Source of the DNA: Epiperipatus broadwayi
Lineage: Eukaryota; Animalia; Onychophora
Length of the DNA stretch: 64,000 nt
Assembly (NCBI GenBank): GCA_028023455.1
Contig: JAQFVV010000005.1
Location: 1,364,001 to 1,428,000 of the forward strand
Direction: 5' to 3'
Under the pieces are notes generated by a model. The model did no database searches. It was not told the DNA's origin and saw only the letters and a program-made list of their open reading frames with translations. Both the position numbers and the translations under genes were made by a program. The stretch's first letter is position 1. Each line of letters opens with the position of its first letter. Of this stretch, positions 1 through 13,720 are shown in pieces.

Positions 1-1039
1 ATGTTTTCCTAAAGATTTGTGATGATGGTGTTTTAGTTGTATTTATATATTGGACTATTTTTACCATCTAATATGAGTATTGAATGTCTTTAGAAAAATT
101 TAACTTTATTTATATAAATACTACAGAAAAATTAGCTTGCTATTAGTTCTATGTTGGTTCTAATTTGAATTCCCAGAGAAGTTACTAGATTTACTTGCCT
201 GACTGAAGCTCATCAAAGGAGCTGAACTACATTGAAAACCACCAGCATTTAATTAATCTATCTGGTAATCAAGAGGAAATCCTAATCTTGAGACTCCAGT
301 GCTACATTTTTACACTTTAATATATACGCATAGAAGCACCAAGGAAAGAAATTTTTGTCTGTAGTATATATACTGTTCATGCAAAGGACCTATTTTATAA
401 ACATATGAAATGTAAAAGAAATTAACTATTAGGACAATTCTTGTTGCCAGAAGAGAGATTAAAAGTTGAAAACAAAATAACTTTCAAGAGGACTTTCAAA
501 GAAGTAAGGTTTATTTTAAAACATTTATTTACAAATTAAGAGTAATAGTAAGTTTAGAGGGTAAAGATAATTAAATTTTGCAACTGAAATATATTTTGTA
601 TTAGATGTGCATGTATGTTTATGCACATTATATTTATATTAACATTTAAACAGTTGTACTTTAAGATAGAATACTATTTATTGGTTTATTAAATCATAGA
701 AACTTTTATATTGTCAGACATATATGTGAGTGCATATAGATATATGTTTATATAATATTGCTTGCAATTCATATATCTGTAAACTACAATTTGAATAATG
801 TTATATGTATAGTTTGTTATATGTATGGTTTTCCAGTCTGTGAAATATTATCTGATGTTTGTAAAGTAAAATCAGAATGATTTATTTATATGTAAGGTAT
901 GACTTATAAGATCTTTAATTTCATTTTTTATTATTACTTCTAATCAATAAATTTATTAATCATTATTTTGACTAGAATAGCTTAAGTAGTATATATTTTT
1001 TTTATTCACTGTTATCAATTTATTTGCAGCCCTAAAGCT

Positions 1040-1600
1040 AGTTTGGACATAACAGTATTGCATGTTTTTTGTGGACATTTATATAGTTCTATAAAAAATT
1101 ATTTGGATGTTGCTAAAATCATAAAAATCACTTTTAAAATTTACCCTACTTATATAGATTTTACCAGAACACTCAGAGTATCAGTAGACCAAAAGCATTG
1201 ATGATGATCAGCATCAATGTAATGATACCAGTGTTTTTGATATAGGCTTACTTTTAATAACTTATGTTTATTATTGCAGTTATTTTAGCACTTAAGTATA
1301 TGAATGCAGATGAAATATGGATTACTTTTATAATATTATGTCCTAAGTTTGGCATTGGCTAGATGAGGACTAGCTTAAGATTTTATAATGTACCTATTTT
1401 TAAATTCAGTCACAAAAGTTGACTGTTAAATAGTGATTAGCGCTGGTGATGCCATATTATTAATTATAATGTTGATTTTTTTTACTTATTTTTATACTCA
1501 GTAAAAATAGTGATGCCTTTGGTGATGATGGAATTAATTCTGAAGAAGACTGCAGGACAGTCGAAACATAGATGTATGTATATATGTACAAATAAAGAGT
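1040..1600 (+). mobile_element. Decayed Penelope-like element 3' end (GIY-YIG remnant plus terminal HHR)
   Basis: 1145-1198 translates PTYIDFTRTLRVSVDQKH, resembling the PLE motif YIGxTxRxLxxRxxEH. An LLNSD-like C-terminal motif lies near 1420, and an HHR core followed by AATAAA at 1540-1596. A related degenerate copy is at about 4560-4880. Confidence 0.5.
1532..1596 (+). ncRNA. Type I hammerhead ribozyme motif (family B)
   Basis: CTGAAGA(1540-1546)-A-GACTG-cagga-CAGTC-GAAA(1563-1566)-CAT...ATGTA: perfect 5-bp stem II, 4-bp stem III and GUA triplet. Stem I pairs poorly. Confidence 0.65.
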
Positions 1601-2394
1601 TTTGCTAAAAAGTGTTCAAAGTAGTTTGGATAAATTGTATTTACGATATATTTAGTGAAAATATCAATTCATAGTAGGAAATGGAATTATAGCTAGAATA
1701 GAAATTAGAATAAAAGATTGATGTAAGTAATGCTGTTAAAAGAATAAAACAGTTTTAAAAAATAAATAAAAGAAAAATTTGTTTAAATATACAAAAGCTT
1801 TCTGCATCCAACTTGGATCAGAAGATCCTATGATAAATTCTGAAGCTTGCAGTTCCAGTGTTCAAATATCTTATAAACCCTTGAGCAAGAAAGTCATTCT
1901 TTTTTTAAAATTTTTGAATCAAACATATGTTATATAACAACATAGTTTAGGCATTCATATAAAAAGTTTAAGGCACTAACATGTTTAGATCATAAATTAC
2001 AACATCAATGCAACAGTGTATTTCACACCTTAGCTTAAGTTGAAACAATGCATTATGATTACATTTTGTTTTAAATTTGACCAAAACTGTTACAAAAACT
2101 CTGAAATGATTCAAATTGCATATGTCAGTGAATCCATGAACCACAAGAATGTTTTCAAGATGTTTTCAAGATGTCTGTATAATCCACAAAGGTAGGAAAC
2201 ATATTACCACATTTTGTGTTGTAACTCATCAATCAGACATGTTATCATCTTAAAATTTTTAAGGTAAAAAGCTAAAATATGTCCCTTCATAGTATACATG
2301 TCAACTCAAACATATCACTGCAAATATCTTGAAGAAAAAGCCATTTGCTTTCTCACAATAACATAATAGGGAGAGTGAAGGTTTGTAATTTATC

Positions 2395-2695
2395 CAATTT
2401 TCAATGGTATGGATGGCTGAAAAGTTGGAAAGTATAGAAGATTGAAGTCAGTCTATTAAAGTTTGAAGATTTGCTATCTTAATATAAATCAAGCACTTAT
2501 TAGATATATGTGTGGGAGCTGATGATCTGGATCAACTGATAAGTGCCAGTTCAGCATGAAATAAATATATTGGAAATCATTTATCTTTTTCGCATGTAGG
2601 TGGTCTTGTGTATCAGTTGTATAAGATGGAGTGGATAGCTGAAGAGAGCTTAAAAGTCTGTGTTCAAAACCCCTCTAATTTTAAAATTGTAATTA
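2395..2695 (+). repeat. HHR-bearing dispersed repeat family A, copy 1 (PLE pLTR- or retrozyme-like)
   Basis: Aligns by eye with copies at 14931, 15170, 43530, 44030 and 47645. HHR at 2521-2585 has core CTGATAA (G8A) ... catGAAA. Confidence 0.8.
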
Positions 2696-3077
2696 TGAAG
2701 GCAATAGTTTTGATTAGCAAACTTGGTCATGAAAAGTAAAAGCATTATAATTTTTAAATGCATAGCCAAGTAACACACACACACTAAATTACATAAACAC
2801 ATTCTTACAAACATATTAAACCCATACACAACACACATTGAGAATGTAACAATGTGTGTGAGTAAATTACATATTTATTAAATTAGATTATTTTAGTACA
2901 TGTCAAAAGTATTCATTAATATTGATAAATAAAATATTGATAGACGGGATTAAATAAAGATATAATTATATTTATTTAACTGTCATTATATATATAAAAG
3001 AATGCCATCTAAATTTTGGGTCTGATTTTCAACAATGAATCTTAGAATTTATGAGCTATTATTTTCTTTTTTTCATG

Positions 3078-3154
3078 TGTCAAAGCATCGGCCAGGAAGC
3101 GAACCCAGGCAACTGCTTGTAAGGCAGCTGTGCTAAACTTTCAGCCACCAACGC
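3078..3154 (-). mobile_element. tRNA-Gly-derived mini-SINE / tRNA pseudogene
   Basis: Minus strand GCGTTGGTGG...TTAGCACAGCTGCCTTACAAGCAGTTGCCTGGGTTCGCTTCCTGGCCGATGC closely matches canonical tRNA-Gly(TCC). Ends in the TGACA tail plus A-run shared with the 26208 and 59073 copies. Confidence 0.75.
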
Positions 3155-3369
3155 TTGACTATTTTTAGCTCATAGAAAAGAAAAAGAGAAGGGTACTGCT
3201 TAATGATAATTTTTTTATATATTTAAGATGAATTAAAATAAGTTGTTTGATTTTTAAACAATTGACGATTGTCAAAAAAAAAATTAAAAAAAAAAACAAC
3301 AGAAAAATCTAAGAAGAAGAATCACTGAAATATTTTTATGATATTGCCATGAGCTAATTTAAATAATCA

Positions 3370-3930
3370 ATATTGGCATATTGGACTATTTCCATCATCA
3401 AATATTAATTGTTAAATGTCTTTAGAAAAATTCAAACTTTACATAAACTTTTCAAATACATTCATTCTGTTAGTATTAACTTACAGATTAATATATAACA
3501 CAACATTGAGAGTGATATTATCTTTCTCTCATTTTCAGATGTTACTGGCAGCCTAGTGGTAGATAGTACTAGGCAAGGAAATTGAATTTAGATCTTTACA
3601 TTCGTGAATATTAAATTAAAGATGAAACACCAACTAAAAAATTTTGTCAAAGGTTTCAAATTCTATATTCACAATTCTAAAGTCCAGGTTCGATTTCCAT
3701 ATTGGTACTGTCACTGGATAGACCAGAAACAGGTGACTAAAAGAGAAGAATATCATTCCAAATGTCATATTGGTATACAATCTGTTTTCTATGACTAATC
3801 ATTGAATATATTTGAAAAGTTTAAATATTCTAAAGACATTTAAGAATTAATATTAGTCGATAGAAATGTTCCAAAATATAATTTTTACTAAAATGCCACC
3901 ATCACAAACTTTCAGACCAACAATAATTGT
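3370..3930. repeat. Uncharacterised degenerate repeat in inverted arrangement, also at 1-110
   Basis: The ttggactatt...aatgtctttagaaaaatt block occurs at about 50-100 and 3380-3432, and its reverse complement at about 3815-3900. Confidence 0.4.
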
Positions 3931-6467
3931 CTTTAATTTAAAATTAATAATATTTACACTTTAAAATATCAATAAAAATTTGGATAAAAAAATCTCCATT
4001 AAAATAATTAAAAACCAAATTTGGTTCTAGTTAAAAAATTAGTTAACAAAAGATTAATTAAACTAAATTAAAGATTGTTATGTTTGATTTTGAAAATGTT
4101 TTTCCAACTCTTAGTTACTATAAAGAAATAACTTAATTAATTAAAAGTTAATTCATGAATAGAAATCAACTGATTGATTATAATTTTTATGAAAATATAT
4201 TTTTGATACCATCATGACCCTTTTTTTATTTATTGCTAATCAATTAGTTATTAAATAATTGTGTTAAAAATATTTTTTTAATTTTTATTTCTTCCAATTC
4301 CTGTTTCATAAAGTGTAGTGTGTGTGTGAATTTATTTCATGACAGGTTAGTATTCTAGGATTTTTTTAAGTGATCCTAATAAAACCATTTACTTATAGTA
4401 GGGTAAAGCTAGGAATTATTTAAAGTGATTTATAACAATCTGCTTTACTTCTTGCTCACAGCAATAGTTTATAGAGTTCTTGCTTCCTGAGTTATATTTG
4501 TTCATAGCAATTATATGGAGTAGGGGTATATATTGTGTTATGGATGATCCTGGTTGGACAAAAGGGATATCTTTTAAAGTCCATACAGTACATATATTAT
4601 TTATTATTTTTTTAGAAATATAGTTTATAGTTGGCCAGTACTGTAATGGTACTAAATGGCCAAAGCATTGTTGATGGACAGGATGTTTTTAGTATCTCAA
4701 CATTATTTGATTTATTTTTGCAGTTTGGAGTAGCACCTAAGTATGTGCATCCAGATAATTATTGTTTGTATTTCTTCCCTAGGGTTGTCAGTAGCTAAAT
4801 AATTATCCTGGTCTAGAGTGGACTACTTTAAAATCCAGTCACAAGATTGATTGTTGATTTATTTTTGTTGTTGATCATTTATGATAATGAATGATTATTA
4901 CTTTTGTGTAATGCTGATCTCTCAGGTTTATTCTTTTTATATTTAACTTTATATTTTGTTTATGATGGTTTCCCATCTCATAATTCAGCCCTAATGTGGT
5001 CTGAATTGTTACAAATGGCTACCAAAGTTTGGGACATTGTAACCTCAGTTTCTGTCTTATTAACCCTTATTTTCCTTACTATAATGGATCACCATTATAT
5101 ATACAAAATTAAATTCACAGCCAAAGTGTATTGATGTGCATTAATCAATCAGATCAATGCTTCAGACTGAATAAAAACAATATTAAACCTGTTCAAGCTA
5201 CTACCAATCAAAAAGATTATATCTTGGCTGTGGATTTAACTTCGTATGTATAATGGTGATTCTATTTACTAATTAATTTACATCTATATTAACCATTAAA
5301 AATATTAAATTTAAATATATACATGTAATTACATACTGTAATTTTTTTAAATAAGGTGAAAAGTAAGTTCACCAGAACCCTACTAGCTCCTTGATATATA
5401 GAGTAGTTAATAAATGAAATATGGATTAATAGAAGATAATGTAGATCCAAATATCTTTTGAAAATCTTAATGCCTAGCAACAGATGATCCAATAGTTTTC
5501 ATGATCCAGCTGAAGTAAAGGCTATTTATAATGACTAACTGTGTGATAATTGAAACAGACCTACAAGAAAACTGAACAATGCATATTTTGATAACTCATA
5601 TAAAACAAACAGATATATTTTATTAAATTAACATCATGTAATTTATCATCCTTTTTGTTTTATCATTATTTTTCTTATTACTGTAAAAAATATAATAAAA
5701 AAATTAAATGTCCTTAATTAAATTTAATTAAGACTTATGGTATTGATAATGATCAAGTCATGTCTCACTTATACAACTATTTTATATAAGACACCTAAAA
5801 TACACCAAACAATCTCTCACAGGATTATACTCACTTCTCATTCATAGTTTTTTTATAAATGGGGATTGAACTACACCATCTCTTAATTTTAAATGACATA
5901 GTTCATTTAAAAAGAATACCTGTTGTAATGGGAGTCACTCTTTCAAACAATTGACAATTTATCAAAATAACAAATATGGTAAAAAATGATTGTAAATTAA
6001 TTTTAGTCTAGGGGAATATAGATAACTAATGGATGACCATGAACATGGTGGAGTGACTATACAATTCTATTTATATTTGACAAATTTATAATAGTCACAG
6101 ATAACAATTAGATTAAACGCACATAAAAAAACAAGTTTTTATATAGATTGAATCCTATTTCCTGATCATTATCTCCTCCACATTAATATTAAAATAAATG
6201 ATCATATTGAATTTCAGATGAAAAATAAACAAGCAACAAAATTATTAATAAGAGCAACAACTTTAATTAACAAATAGAATGATGATAATAAAAAAAAATT
6301 GTATTTACATAATTACATTAAAAATTGTATGAAGAGCACGCATGAGAAGAAAAATCTTTGTGTATTCACAATAATTCATCAAGAAAACAGTTTTTAGTAA
6401 GTTCATTTAATTAAGTTGATATCTCTGTGATTATAGACTTATATTTTTATCTCTATGAATATAATTA

Positions 6468-7435
6468 CACCTGGGTCTCATTTTACGCGATAGATAGGTT
6501 CCTCAGAAAACATGCACAAATGAAATCGTGCAAAAATAGATGTAACTTGCCTTGAAAAAGGGGGGATATGGACTGTGATTTTTCAAAACTCGCGTAAAAG
6601 AAAAGCACCAACGTAAAATTTACTTTAAAATTCGTGCAAAAAAAAAAATAAGGAAATAAAACATGACTAATAAAAAATTTCAAATTTGAAAAAAATTGAT
6701 ACAAGACAAACTTTTTTTAACTATAATATTTAATTTTATTCAAAACAATATATTTTTATGCATATTTTACAGTAATTTATATTTTTTTATACACGTTTTA
6801 ATTATTATCGCTATTTGTCGGTAAACAGGTTCATTTGCAAACTGATAAAAAAATCAGATTCTTCGCAAGATGAAATACAACTAGCGCCAAAGTCACTCTC
6901 ATGTTGTGTTAATTAATGGTTTTCTGCTGACAACATAATTAGTAATTAATCTAACAATTAAAAATTAAATTCTTATTTTTGTCTTTAATTTTCAATTTTA
7001 AGTGTGCCCACTGCTATTACTCATCTTTTAAAAATAAACTTGCCGACACTAAATGATTAATAATTGATTAAACGTTTTTTTTTAAAAAGCAAAAACAGAA
7101 TGTGATTTAAAATGCAAAATTAACAGGCACAATGTTTGAACAAATTTATATTATAATCTTGTAAAATTTAATGTGTGTATACATAAAATGTGGAAATCAT
7201 GATTTTAATTTCATTATTGCATAAAATCTTACTATTATAAAGCACTGAAAATATTGAAATTACTAAGTTGAAAGTCGAATTTCAATAATGTGCTATTACT
7301 TTCAATATAACATGAGTGCGCAAAATTTATTATTTAAAGTAATAGCGCAATATCAGAGTTTGACTTCCAGTGAAACATGAATCGCGTAACTTCAAAATCG
7401 TGTTAAATAAGTCCGCGTAAAAAGAGACCCAGGTG
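6468..7435. mobile_element. Non-autonomous Tc1/mariner-superfamily (pogo/Tigger-like) DNA element
   Basis: TIRs CACCTGGGTCTC(A/T)TTTTACGCG at both ends, each flanked by TA (6466-6467 and 7436-7437). No transposase ORF. Confidence 0.75.
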
Positions 7436-9689
7436 TATATGGTTATTAAAATCATTAATTTTAAATGTCTGCAAACAATATTCACATTTTAATTTCTTTA
7501 TTCCATGTAGTTTTACTATGAGATCTTCCCAAATACTTAAATGATCAAAATTAAGTAGATTTACAAATTGATTCATAGAAGAACATTTTAATTTTATTAG
7601 AGGTAAATTTTCTTATATTGGAAGTGTTCCATATTTTTTTAGCTTCAGCTTTAGACACTAATTAACAGACTGGCAGAATCACAGTTAATATTAAGGCCTT
7701 ATTTTGGGTTACAACTCCATATTCAACTCCATTACTGGAACGGTCAGGAAAGGAATTCTGAACATTTACCCCAGAGACTGCATAATATTTTTTAAAATAA
7801 TCATTACAATTTTTACTGATTTCTATCCAGTAAATGGCATGATGAAGAAATAACAATAATTCCCACCATTTATGTAAAGCAGACAATCAAAAAGAGCTTC
7901 AGTTTGTTCCCATAGCAATGTTCTTTTAAAATTATTATTCTTTATTTTGAAACAAAGAATCATAATAAAGTTTTAATTTTTACAATCATCATTACTATTT
8001 CAAAATACTTTATAATTTATTTACACACATAACATTTTACGTTCTAGAATATATAAAAGCCATGCATGGAAACTCAATCATGAGGTTTACAGTATAGACA
8101 CTTTATCCTCAATCAATACCAACCCAATTTTCACACTATTAAATCCCAGCACTTCCTCAGATCAGGATATGATTTCTCAGTTTCAGGAATGAACTGCTCA
8201 AGTATGCATTTAGAATAAGACTGAGATAAGATGGCACAGACAATTAAGTAAATATATCTAACAATTTATTTAAGAATCTTAATTGGTATATATCATCATA
8301 AATATCAAGTTTACATATATGTATATCCTTGCAACATTTGAATGTATATAAATCGAAAAGAGCATGCATGCTAATAATTTCCAAGATTAAAGTTTAATTA
8401 TGTCAGGCATTAGTCTCTTGTCTATTTACAAGCCTTTCATGTCTGACAAATTGACATTTATTCTTTACATGATTATTTCATAAAGGGAAATTTATATTTA
8501 AAAGTAATAACAATCAACACAGTAATATGTACAACATTCTTCAATAAAATTAGTAATTATAAAAAAATAATAATAATACAGTATTTGTTTTTATCATAAT
8601 GAAATTCTTTTAACTTATTAAGAACTCTTATTAAAATGCACGCACACACACATGGCTTATTTTTAATTATAGGCATACATGTCATAGAAATCTGCATTTT
8701 TATATTATTGTTATTTTCAGTCACAGTAAAGATTAACTTCTTAGATGTTAATTGATTACAATTTACTTAATACATGTGAATTTCTATGTTTTTATTTTTG
8801 ATATTTTTCTACTTTATTGTCAGTAGACTTAATAATTGTGGGCAATGAAGAAACACTTTCATTATAAGTAGGAAAAAGCTATTCTCTAGATCATCTCTAT
8901 TTCTGGATTTGTAAAATGCATTCGTTTATGATTGGAAAAGCTACATAATTCAGGTTAGATGTGGTTGCAAATTCTAGTGGCTTTAACGCATTTCTTTGAT
9001 AGTTTCCCTTCTTCAGAAATTGATCATTGTATCTGTGATTTAGTAAATTTAGCACTGGAAAATAATATTGGCAGATGTATTTTTTACTTTTACAAAATGC
9101 TATCAATTACTGTAGTGATGAACAATTAATTACTGTAACCCAGAATATTCCTACATATTGAGAGAATTACTTATTTTTTGCAGTTTCATAATGCTTTTTA
9201 ATGTGAGTTTGATCAATATCTACTTCTTTAGCTCTTTCTTCTATATATATATAACTGTGACAACATGTAATGAGAACATATTTTACTATCACTCTCAGCT
9301 TCAGTTTCTTCCTTGTTGTTGTTACTTTGGTTGTTTTTACATTGATGTTTTGCTTTAATCCTATAAATATTCTTGAACAGCTGTTTTCCAAGCAATATCT
9401 GATCACCAGATTTAATTTTGATTAAACTATAAAATAGATATATAAAAGAGAAATTCATTTTAGATATTTAGAAACTTATGTCTATTTTTACATAAATGTT
9501 CTGAACATTTATACAGAAAGTAGTCTTTATATTTTAAATTCAGCATGCTTTCGATATATATTATAATCTTAGTACTTTCATTTCTTTAATGTTCAAAATC
9601 TATATGTATACTGTACTTGCTAAATATTTGAATATTTAAAATTATTTAACAAAGATATTTAACTCCTTCTAAAGAACCCACTTCTTCAA

Positions 9690-10030
9690 GAAAGGGATGC
9701 TTGTGTCTTTTTTGTTTATAGAAAATCGATCTTTAGCTATTACCAAAGTCTCTTTAATTTTTCATTTTCTATCTTTCCTCTCAATGCGCAATGCGCACAA
9801 TTCCAGCTCTAGACAAATCGAATTTACGGCCAGAATGTTGTTCATAGTCTATAAATATTGAGGATATTCATTGTTTTTCTTTGCTCTATTACACAAATGC
9901 TGGGCTAGTCTTGTTGAGAGATTAGCTTTCGATTTTGCATAATATGCAAAATTATACATAGATTGGTTGCATTAAATTTTGTAGACAATTTGATGAGCTG
10001 ATTCTATGGGAAATTTGCTTTTTGAATTGT
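9690..10030 (-). mobile_element. Penelope-like GIY-YIG endonuclease remnant
   Basis: Minus strand reads HQIVYKI*CNQSMYNFAYYAKSKANLSTRLAQH ... RK*KIKETLVIAKDRFSINKKDTSIPF, the order of motifs in the PLE endonuclease, with in-frame stops. Confidence 0.7.
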
Positions 10031-11153
10031 TAAGCAGTTTGTTTAGTGAAGGGGGGGGGGTATGAAAATTTATACTTTTAAGAGCATATTCTTTTTAATC
10101 GAAAACATTATAAGAATGGATAAAAGTAAATTTAATTATATAGACTATCTTTTCTGTATGAATGTGTAGAACATTTTCGTGAATATTACAATTACCCAGA
10201 AAAGAGAAAAAAATCTTTGGTATTGTTTTATGTCTATATTATATATCTTCTATTATTTATATTTAAAAATTACATATATGTATTGTTCGTTTTTTTTTTC
10301 TCCACGAGAATAAAAGTTGCTTATTTTGAACCACCACTTAAGCTAATATTTTAAAAATAAAACAATACAAGGCCTCTGTAGTGTAATTTCCACTACAGAA
10401 ATATTATTAATTAAGTGGGTAATCTCTAATGAATGACTAATAAAAAATATTAATTATCAATACAAGGTCATTGAACATTTATTTCTTACAATTTTTGTAG
10501 AATTTCAAAATGTATAACTTTTACAATTATGTCTAATTTCACAAATCTTTTAATTTCATGTTCGAAGATTAATTTTTATCCGTGTATTTAACAAGTTTAA
10601 TATTCTTTTTTTTTTTTGGTTACATACTCCAGTCAAAACAAAATATAAATTTATTTTTGTTTTTATTTCTACTTTTCAGTTTGTTCTTTAATTATAATCG
10701 TCAATTAAAAGAATTTTATTTACTTTTATTTTGTTATTTTAATTAAAATATTTCATCTTTTTGTATTCGGAGTGTAGATTCATGCGAGGCGCAATTAGGT
10801 TCATATAATTCCAATATATATATAAGGGAATGCATGTATGTTCGTTTATAATAATATATGTGAATTAAAATTTAGTAGGAATTATTTATTGTTCTAATAA
10901 ATTGAATTATTGAAGTATGTAAGCAGAACATTAAATTAGTAAAATATTAAATAAGTATTTAATATCTATTATGACAGAAAAGTTATAAGTTCTTACTAAA
11001 TGAATTAATTGAAACAGACTAGTTTCCATAAAGATAGATTATATTTTATTTACAAAACTAAAATAGAAAATTTATATATTAAATAACCATTAAGTCATTG
11101 CAAAATTTACTCTACGATTATAAATACTGTATAAGTAATATATATCAAGATTA

Positions 11154-12270
11154 TGTGATGTGATGTGATGTGATATATTGTGGTTTCTCCTTAAGCGAAG
11201 TCAAGAATATCTCAGCAATTATGTCCAGATAAACCTGTTAGCCACTTTATTTTCCATTCCCCACTCTAAATTTTCCCATATTCTGCTCCATCCCATTTCC
11301 ACAACATAATCTTTGTCAACTCTATAACCTTTATATCGAAATCCCCCTTATCTTTTCCCAAACCCAGCATAAAAACCAATAATTCACTTTCTGTATAATC
11401 ACATTTTTCATATTTATTCTTCCATAACTTCATTATATGTACCCTTTCTGTTTTCAAGCATTTACATTCAATTAACAAATGCCTAATATTTTCTATTCCT
11501 TCCTAACATAATTTACAAAATTGATCACCCATTTTTTTCCATTTACATGTATATTCTCTTGTAGCTAAAGATCCCGTTCGAGCCTTAAATAATAAACTAC
11601 TTTCCTTACTATTGTCATATATTAACTCACACCTAATATTCTGTTTATTTCTACATATATTTAAAGTCTTTTTACTCTCCATACTATTTCTCCATCTCTC
11701 TAACTCCCTATCCTTTATTAATAAATCTATTCTTTTATCCTATTCCTTACTACTACAACACTCAACAATCCTCTTAACACAATCATCCCATCTTTTGTAC
11801 ACATATACTGATATAAATTCTTTATCCAAATCTTTTGCATACTGCATTATCTTTCTAACCCATCTTGTTACCTGCCCTTTACTCATAACCCAATTAAATA
11901 CTATTTTATCTATTCTTTTATTATCCATAAACTGCAATCTACCAAACATTTTAATTTTACTTTTTGCATCTCTCATATGAAAACTTGATCATCCCATTTC
12001 TCCTTGAATTGCCTCTTTTGCTGACCATACATCTGCATCCAATGCATGTCTTTCTACTTCCCTTTGAACTTTTTCTAAGTAATTTAATACCTCTTTACTA
12101 ACCTATAATGCATCATTACCATATGTTAACTCTGCTACTGCAACTCCTTTCCATATAATCCTAACTACATGATATTTATTATATGAAAACACTGTTAATT
12201 TCTTTATCAATCCCTTTCTTTTCTTTGCTTCATTTATCAATTTTTTCTCCTATTCATCCAAATAATTTTT
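11154..12270 (-). mobile_element. 5'-truncated RTEX-like LINE, 3' end
   Basis: Highly similar to 53920-54960. Includes LLIECKCLKTER zinc-knuckle region (ORF 11266-11478) and a (TCACA)n tail seen as (TGTGA)4 at 11154-11173. Confidence 0.85.
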
Positions 12271-13551
12271 CTATGCACCTAGATGTGACAGTAGGGACCT
12301 CTACAAATCTTAACACAAGATTAACGACTTTAAAAGACAAGAGCGGTTCTTCTTTTTTTAAAAAAAAAAATTATAAAATAGCTGTGAGGTTGATATAGGT
12401 TTGATCTCAAAAATAAAAGTTATAATTCAAATAATTGGCTATAAATTTGTTAATTTCTTTTGGAATACGTTTAAGAATTTCAAGATAGTGTAATGTGAAT
12501 AAATATTGACTTACTATCTTTGTTATATGTATATCATTATACATGTTCACACATGCAGCCCATAATATGAAATTTATCAACAATATAATGACATTAATAA
12601 TTTAACTAAGTTATGAACAATCGTCAAATATAATTCTACTTATTAGATTTGTAAATATAATATTTTAGTTTTGATAAAATCGTATATTATCATTAGTGAT
12701 ATGAAAACAAAGAGATAGTTTATGTAAAGTTTAATGTCGGGGGGGGGGGATTATTTGTGAAGTGTAGGAGTTTATATGTCAAAGTGTTTTAATACATTTT
12801 TTAATGATTAACCCATGAATTATTTAAATCATACTTTGAAAATCAGCCATTTAATGACAGTATAATTGATATTCTTTAACTCTTTTGCACAACACTTTTT
12901 TGGACAGTTCCTAACAAGTGATGGGTTACAATTGCCAAATTTTTATTTTATTAAATAAATTTTTATTCTATATTACATTTTACCCATTTTCAAATTATTC
13001 CTTCGAAATATAAGTTTGGAAATAAAAACCGTTCTTTAAAATAATATTTCATCTTTGCTAAATTTATAATCAGAACATTAAGCTTTAATAATTTCACTTT
13101 TGGTGACAGAAATGTATTTGGAATGAAATAAAATTTATTTGAATTCCATTTCTAATACCAAAATGATTTTTTGTAAAAAATGCTGAAAACAATAAAATTG
13201 TGTTTTAAAATTTAAAATTCCATTTGTAATTATTAAAAATAATAACAAAAAATAGCAGTTACAAAGACTACAGAGGCATTCATTTTTCAACCAATCACAA
13301 CATTGTAATTTACATTATTATATTTGTCTTTCTGTCTATTCTTCTAAAAAAATACTATCAACTAAATCTGAATTTGAATATTATATATTCTTATCAAAAA
13401 ATAAATATTTTAAAAATACTTTGCAAAAATAATCATAAATATATAAACAAATTATGGGAAATGTATGATGGCCATTTACAAGATTTGAATAAAACATGGC
13501 TTACAAAAGTGCAATTTGAAGGCAAAGAAACTGCCAACCCTCAGAATTTTG

Positions 13552-13720
13552 TAATGTGATGTGATGTGATGCACTGTGGTTCCAGTTTACTGTCAAGTGT
13601 ATGCAAAACTGGAAAATAAATGCTATAGAATAGCCACAAGTGAGCACTTTAAACCTGATTGCAGTTCTATTTAGCAATGTACCACAATGGACCATATATA
13701 AAATAAAAAGAGTTAAATTA
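13552..13720 (-). mobile_element. Putative short element sharing the RTEX-like (TCACA)n tail
   Basis: Minus strand ends aaccacagtgcatcacatcacatcacat, like the 11154 tail aaccacaatatcacatcacatc. The body is not the LINE 3' UTR and has weak A/B-box-like motifs. Confidence 0.3.

Noticed and set aside
200-232. ctgaagctcatcaaaggagctgaac, HHR-like hairpin
   Set aside because: Both conserved core segments are defective.
7662-7886. 74-aa minus-strand ORF with plausible composition (NCNDYFKKYYAVSGVNVQNSFPDRSSNGVEYG...)
   Set aside because: No ATG, no recognisable motif and no partner exons; cannot be supported without a homology search.
8975-9025. Minus-strand CTGAAGAAG...ctatcaaaGAAAtgcgtt
   Set aside because: No convincing stem II; at most a very old HHR.
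9535-9590. HHR-like minus-strand gtact-aaga...tcGAAAgcatgct downstream of the PLE endonuclease remnant
   Set aside because: CUGANGA is broken, position 17 would be G, and agcatgctttc is also a motif of the foldback family at 25266 and 58621.
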